Source: a virus (lineage: Duplodnaviria > Caudoviricetes). From it: 26,222 nt of DNA. Under the pieces are notes generated by a model. It had not been told where the DNA came from. It saw nothing but the letters and a program-made list of their open reading frames with translations, and ran no database searches. This document shows positions 23,763-26,222 of the stretch, one piece after another; position 1 is the stretch's first letter, and the number at the start of each line of letters is the position of its first letter. Location: IMG/VR virus record IMGVR_UViG_3300027653_000050, positions 1 through 26,222 of that record. One strand, written 5' to 3'. A program made the translations under genes and the position numbers.

Positions 23763-24187
23763 TCTAAAAGACTTTCTGCTGCCTCTTGGATTTTACGCAA
23801 AATCAATTCAATCACCGACCACTCTGGCAGCTCCTTTTTTTCTTTTATTGCGTAAATGTTTGCTAGCACACTGTAAGACTCGTTTAGTATCAACAGGCTT
23901 ATGCTGTACTCGACAAATCCAACAAACTCAATACCCACGCCTTTTGCCATGAGCGCCAGAACAAGAGGAATAATCAGAATGCTAGTCTTGCTCAGCAGTC
24001 CTACCCATCCAATTCTGCTTGTGACAGGCCTTCCTATCACTAAGCTTTTCCCGATACCTGTAAAATAATCGAGCGCTAATAACACCCCCAAAATGCTCAC
24101 CTGCTCGATTGGCAGCCCAGTTTTGTGCAGCACCCACGCGCAAACCAAAAGCATTAAATTGCCAAAACTACTCAGCGATTCGCTCAC
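23753..24187 (-). CDS. Holin (toxin secretion/phage lysis holin-like family)
   Basis: Several TM segments. LDYFTG..KS....TSRIG..GL..K and ESYSVLANI pattern. GGGGGGA RBS. Adjacent to spanins and endolysin. Confidence 0.8.
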   Translation of the reverse strand: MSESLSSFGNLMLLVCAWVLHKTGLPIEQVSILGVLLALDYFTGIGKSLVIGRPVTSRIGWVGLLSKTSILIIPLVLALMAKGVGIEFVGFVEYSISLLILNESYSVLANIYAIKEKKELPEWSVIELILRKIQEAAESLLEKK

Positions 24188-24569
24188 AATTCCCCCCCAC
24201 TACTCGCAGTTCATCAGCGTATCTAGCAACCGCTGCATATGCTCTAAGCAGCTTGGCTCGCATTCGCTCGGCGTCTCTATCTCGCTCACCCTTGCACTTG
24301 GTGGCAACGGCAGGCGCTCCACTGGTGGCGGACTGCTCGCGCAGGCGCTTAATAACAGCGTCATAATTGCCAGCAATGCTGGCCATGTTTTTTGCGTAAT
24401 CATCATTTGCCCTTTTGATTTTTTGTTCGTGTTGCCTTGCCAGGAGTGCCGATTGAGCCTTTAGCGTTGTTAGCTCAGCGCGCAATTCGTCACGCTCGTT
24501 TTTGATTGTCCCGAGCGCTGCTAATGCAAAGAGCAGCATCAGCAATAGCGATATAACTAGCGCCCTCAC
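24168..24569 (-). CDS. Rz: Inner-membrane spanin (Rz-like)
   Basis: N-terminal TM followed by a coiled coil. Directly after the endolysin and contains an embedded lipoprotein gene. Confidence 0.8.
   Translation of the reverse strand: MRALVISLLLMLLFALAALGTIKNERDELRAELTTLKAQSALLARQHEQKIKRANDDYAKNMASIAGNYDAVIKRLREQSATSGAPAVATKCKGERDRDAERMRAKLLRAYAAVARYADELRVVGGNCERIAE
24200..24406 (-). CDS. Rz1: Outer-membrane spanin lipoprotein (Rz1-like), embedded in Rz
   Basis: Signal peptide with lipobox LLSA-C followed by Pro-rich ASSPPPVERLPLPP. Out of frame within the i-spanin gene. Confidence 0.8.
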   Translation of the reverse strand: MMITQKTWPALLAIMTLLLSACASSPPPVERLPLPPSARVSEIETPSECEPSCLEHMQRLLDTLMNCE

Positions 24570-24982
24570 TGATACACTCCTGTCTCTATCTGCTTAGCGA
24601 TACGGTCCGCGCGCTCGGGCGTCTGTTTTGCCCAGTTACTATTGAGCGCCTCTTTTGCGGCCAGCTCATAATCGCCGCGCTGCAGGTAATGCAATGTGCG
24701 CTTAAAGTTTAGCAGGCCGTTGACACCAAGCTGGTACGCCATATTTATCAACGCGTCTTGTCTTACCTCGTCAAGCGAATTGAAAAACGGCATTATAGCT
24801 TTTAACGCATTCCGCCTCTGCTCAATCTCGTAGTCGAGCCAAAAATCAATAACGGCATCAGGCATTGCGCCGCCTCGCCGCTCGTCGATTAAAAAACCAA
24901 CGCCGATGGTTAAATAACCCAAGTGGTCGCGGTAGGCGTGCTTTACCACACCCTCATCTCGCTTTAGTTGTTTTTTTAGCAT
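24566..24982 (-). CDS. Endolysin, GH24 / T4-lysozyme-like
   Basis: E-x8-D-x5-T motif in DEGVVKHAYRDHLGYLTIGVG, plus LINMAYQLG and S.WAKQTP.RA. Start moved to ATG 24982. Confidence 0.92.
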   Translation of the reverse strand: MLKKQLKRDEGVVKHAYRDHLGYLTIGVGFLIDERRGGAMPDAVIDFWLDYEIEQRRNALKAIMPFFNSLDEVRQDALINMAYQLGVNGLLNFKRTLHYLQRGDYELAAKEALNSNWAKQTPERADRIAKQIETGVYQ

Positions 24983-24983
24983 C

Positions 24984-25427
24984 CTAGCGTCTCCAGTCAA
25001 CCGTGTATTCAACGCCCAAGCCCACAGCGTCGTACGTCGGCCTGTCTTTGTTTAGCGCGCAGCTGTGGTGGGTGTACTGAGCGTAGATGCTCGCACCTTT
25101 ATACTTAACCAGGCCTTGCTTTAGACCTAAATTGCTAGTGAGCTTGTCGCTAATTCCGTCGTTGTGGCAAAACACGCTGCCGCCTAACTGCTGCTCGAGA
25201 CCTGCGTAAATTGTGCTGTAGTGCAGATATTTTACGCGCTCAGATGAGTTGGCATCCGCTACGTAAAACAGAGCCGCGCCCGCTGCAAAAAATACAAAAG
25301 CAAAAATGATGCCTTTTAGCGCGCCGTTTTTCTTGAGGTGCGCAACTGGATTTTCTGTTTTTAATCGTGCGTAAAAATAGAGAAAGCTAGCGACAACAGT
25401 AAAAACAATTAACATAAACTTAAGCAT
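24984..25427 (-). CDS. Membrane protein with two N-terminal TM segments and a beta-rich C-terminus
   Basis: GGAGGG upstream of ATG 25427. Two hydrophobic helices, then YAQYTHHSCA...DAVGLGVEYTVDW. Confidence 0.75.
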   Translation of the reverse strand: MLKFMLIVFTVVASFLYFYARLKTENPVAHLKKNGALKGIIFAFVFFAAGAALFYVADANSSERVKYLHYSTIYAGLEQQLGGSVFCHNDGISDKLTSNLGLKQGLVKYKGASIYAQYTHHSCALNKDRPTYDAVGLGVEYTVDWRR

Positions 25428-25488
25428 AAAGCCCTCCAAGAATGCAATACATCAAGGTTAAGGTTTTAACACGCGCTGAGTGGGGCAT

Positions 25489-26222
25489 TTAACCTCCTGT
25501 TGGCTGAGTCAAGTCTATGACTTCCCCACAAATAGTTTCTACTTCTGTAACTTCTCCTCCTACCGTGGCACTAGTGGCCGCTGGAATATCGAAGTCACCT
25601 ATTAGATTAACCAGAGATTCTTTATCAGTGATTAGTTCTACGTCGTAGTCTTCGTTTTGAGAACTGCCAATAAGTGCAAAACCAAACTCAGCCCCTTCGG
25701 TAGTTTCACCTCCGGGAATGAGACCTGAAATGTCGCACACTCCCAATTCAGGTATATACGTAAAAATGGGAATGCCCAACTCTATTTCCTCACCTGAGAA
25801 AATAACTAAAGTAAACTCTTCTGGAAGGTTGTATCTCACAGGGTTTGGTAATCCCAATCTTACCGACCAACCTTCATTATCGGGGGAAGGTTCAATGTTG
25901 ATAGCATTAGCTTCTACCCACATATCTACTTCTGGGGAGTGTAAATATAGTTCGGGGATACCCAATCCTAACGTTCTGTTATCTCCGGGCGCACTAACCT
26001 TTATAGCGTAAACAAAACTATCGCCTAATGTTCCTCTGTTCGGAAAAATAAATCCGCCAGTAACTAAATCTAACTCAAATCCATCAGGCACCGCAGCCTG
26101 TGTATCGCTAGGCAGACCCGCTTTAACTCTAAACTTCTGAAAAGAACTGTCTAAAGGCTCAGCAGCTAATATAGGTATTGGGATATCACTAAAGTCAGTT
26201 TTGTCTAAGGGATATTTGCAAA
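25489..26222 (-). CDS. Acidic protein, 3' part (5' end outside the window); possibly tail/receptor-binding associated
   Basis: The frame of track ORF 25489..26091 stays open to the window edge (...CKYPLDKTDFSDIPIPILAAEPLDSSFQKFRVKAGLPSDTQAAVPDG...). Asp/Glu/Gly-rich. Confidence 0.7.
   Translation of the reverse strand, partial: CKYPLDKTDFSDIPIPILAAEPLDSSFQKFRVKAGLPSDTQAAVPDGFELDLVTGGFIFPNRGTLGDSFVYAIKVSAPGDNRTLGLGIPELYLHSPEVDMWVEANAINIEPSPDNEGWSVRLGLPNPVRYNLPEEFTLVIFSGEEIELGIPIFTYIPELGVCDISGLIPGGETTEGAEFGFALIGSSQNEDYDVELITDKESLVNLIGDFDIPAATSATVGGEVTEVETICGEVIDLTQPTGG

Noticed and set aside
1-26222. Stop-codon reassignment (TAG recoding)
   Set aside because: Long core genes are intact in the standard code and several end in TAG at sensible positions. 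Only one internal TAG was seen.

Overview
The window is part of a tailed dsDNA (siphovirus-type) phage genome. Spanins, a SutA-like protein and sigma70-type promoters suggest a Gram-negative, probably gammaproteobacterial host (inference). Left to right: (1) a minus-strand morphogenesis block read leftward: small and large terminase, portal, protease/scaffold, decoration protein, major capsid, minor head protein, two neck genes, tail tube, frameshifted tail chaperones and the start of the tape measure; (2) an AT-richer cassette next to terS encoding an HTH protein, a radical SAM enzyme, a methyltransferase-like protein and a ParB-like protein, followed by tRNA-Arg(UCU) and an HNH endonuclease with a structured leader; (3) a non-coding tract of GTGTACAC/GTGTCACGC repeats, a likely replication origin; (4) minus-strand replication genes (primase-helicase, VRR-NUC, SF2 helicase, HTH) divergent from exonuclease, a possible annealing protein and SSB; (5) a plus-strand early region of small genes including MazG-like, DUF551-like and SutA-like ORFs; (6) a convergent lysis module and the 3' end of an acidic, probably tail-related gene. 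No integrase or CRISPR array is seen. The most notable observations are a promoter- and terminator-bounded ~65-nt RNA at ~23694-23757 complementary to the ribosome-binding regions of four phage genes, a second candidate small RNA at ~18809-18867, and the radical SAM/methyltransferase/ParB candidate DNA-modification cassette bracketed by a 12-bp direct repeat. Family assignments come from motif recognition and gene order, not from database searches.
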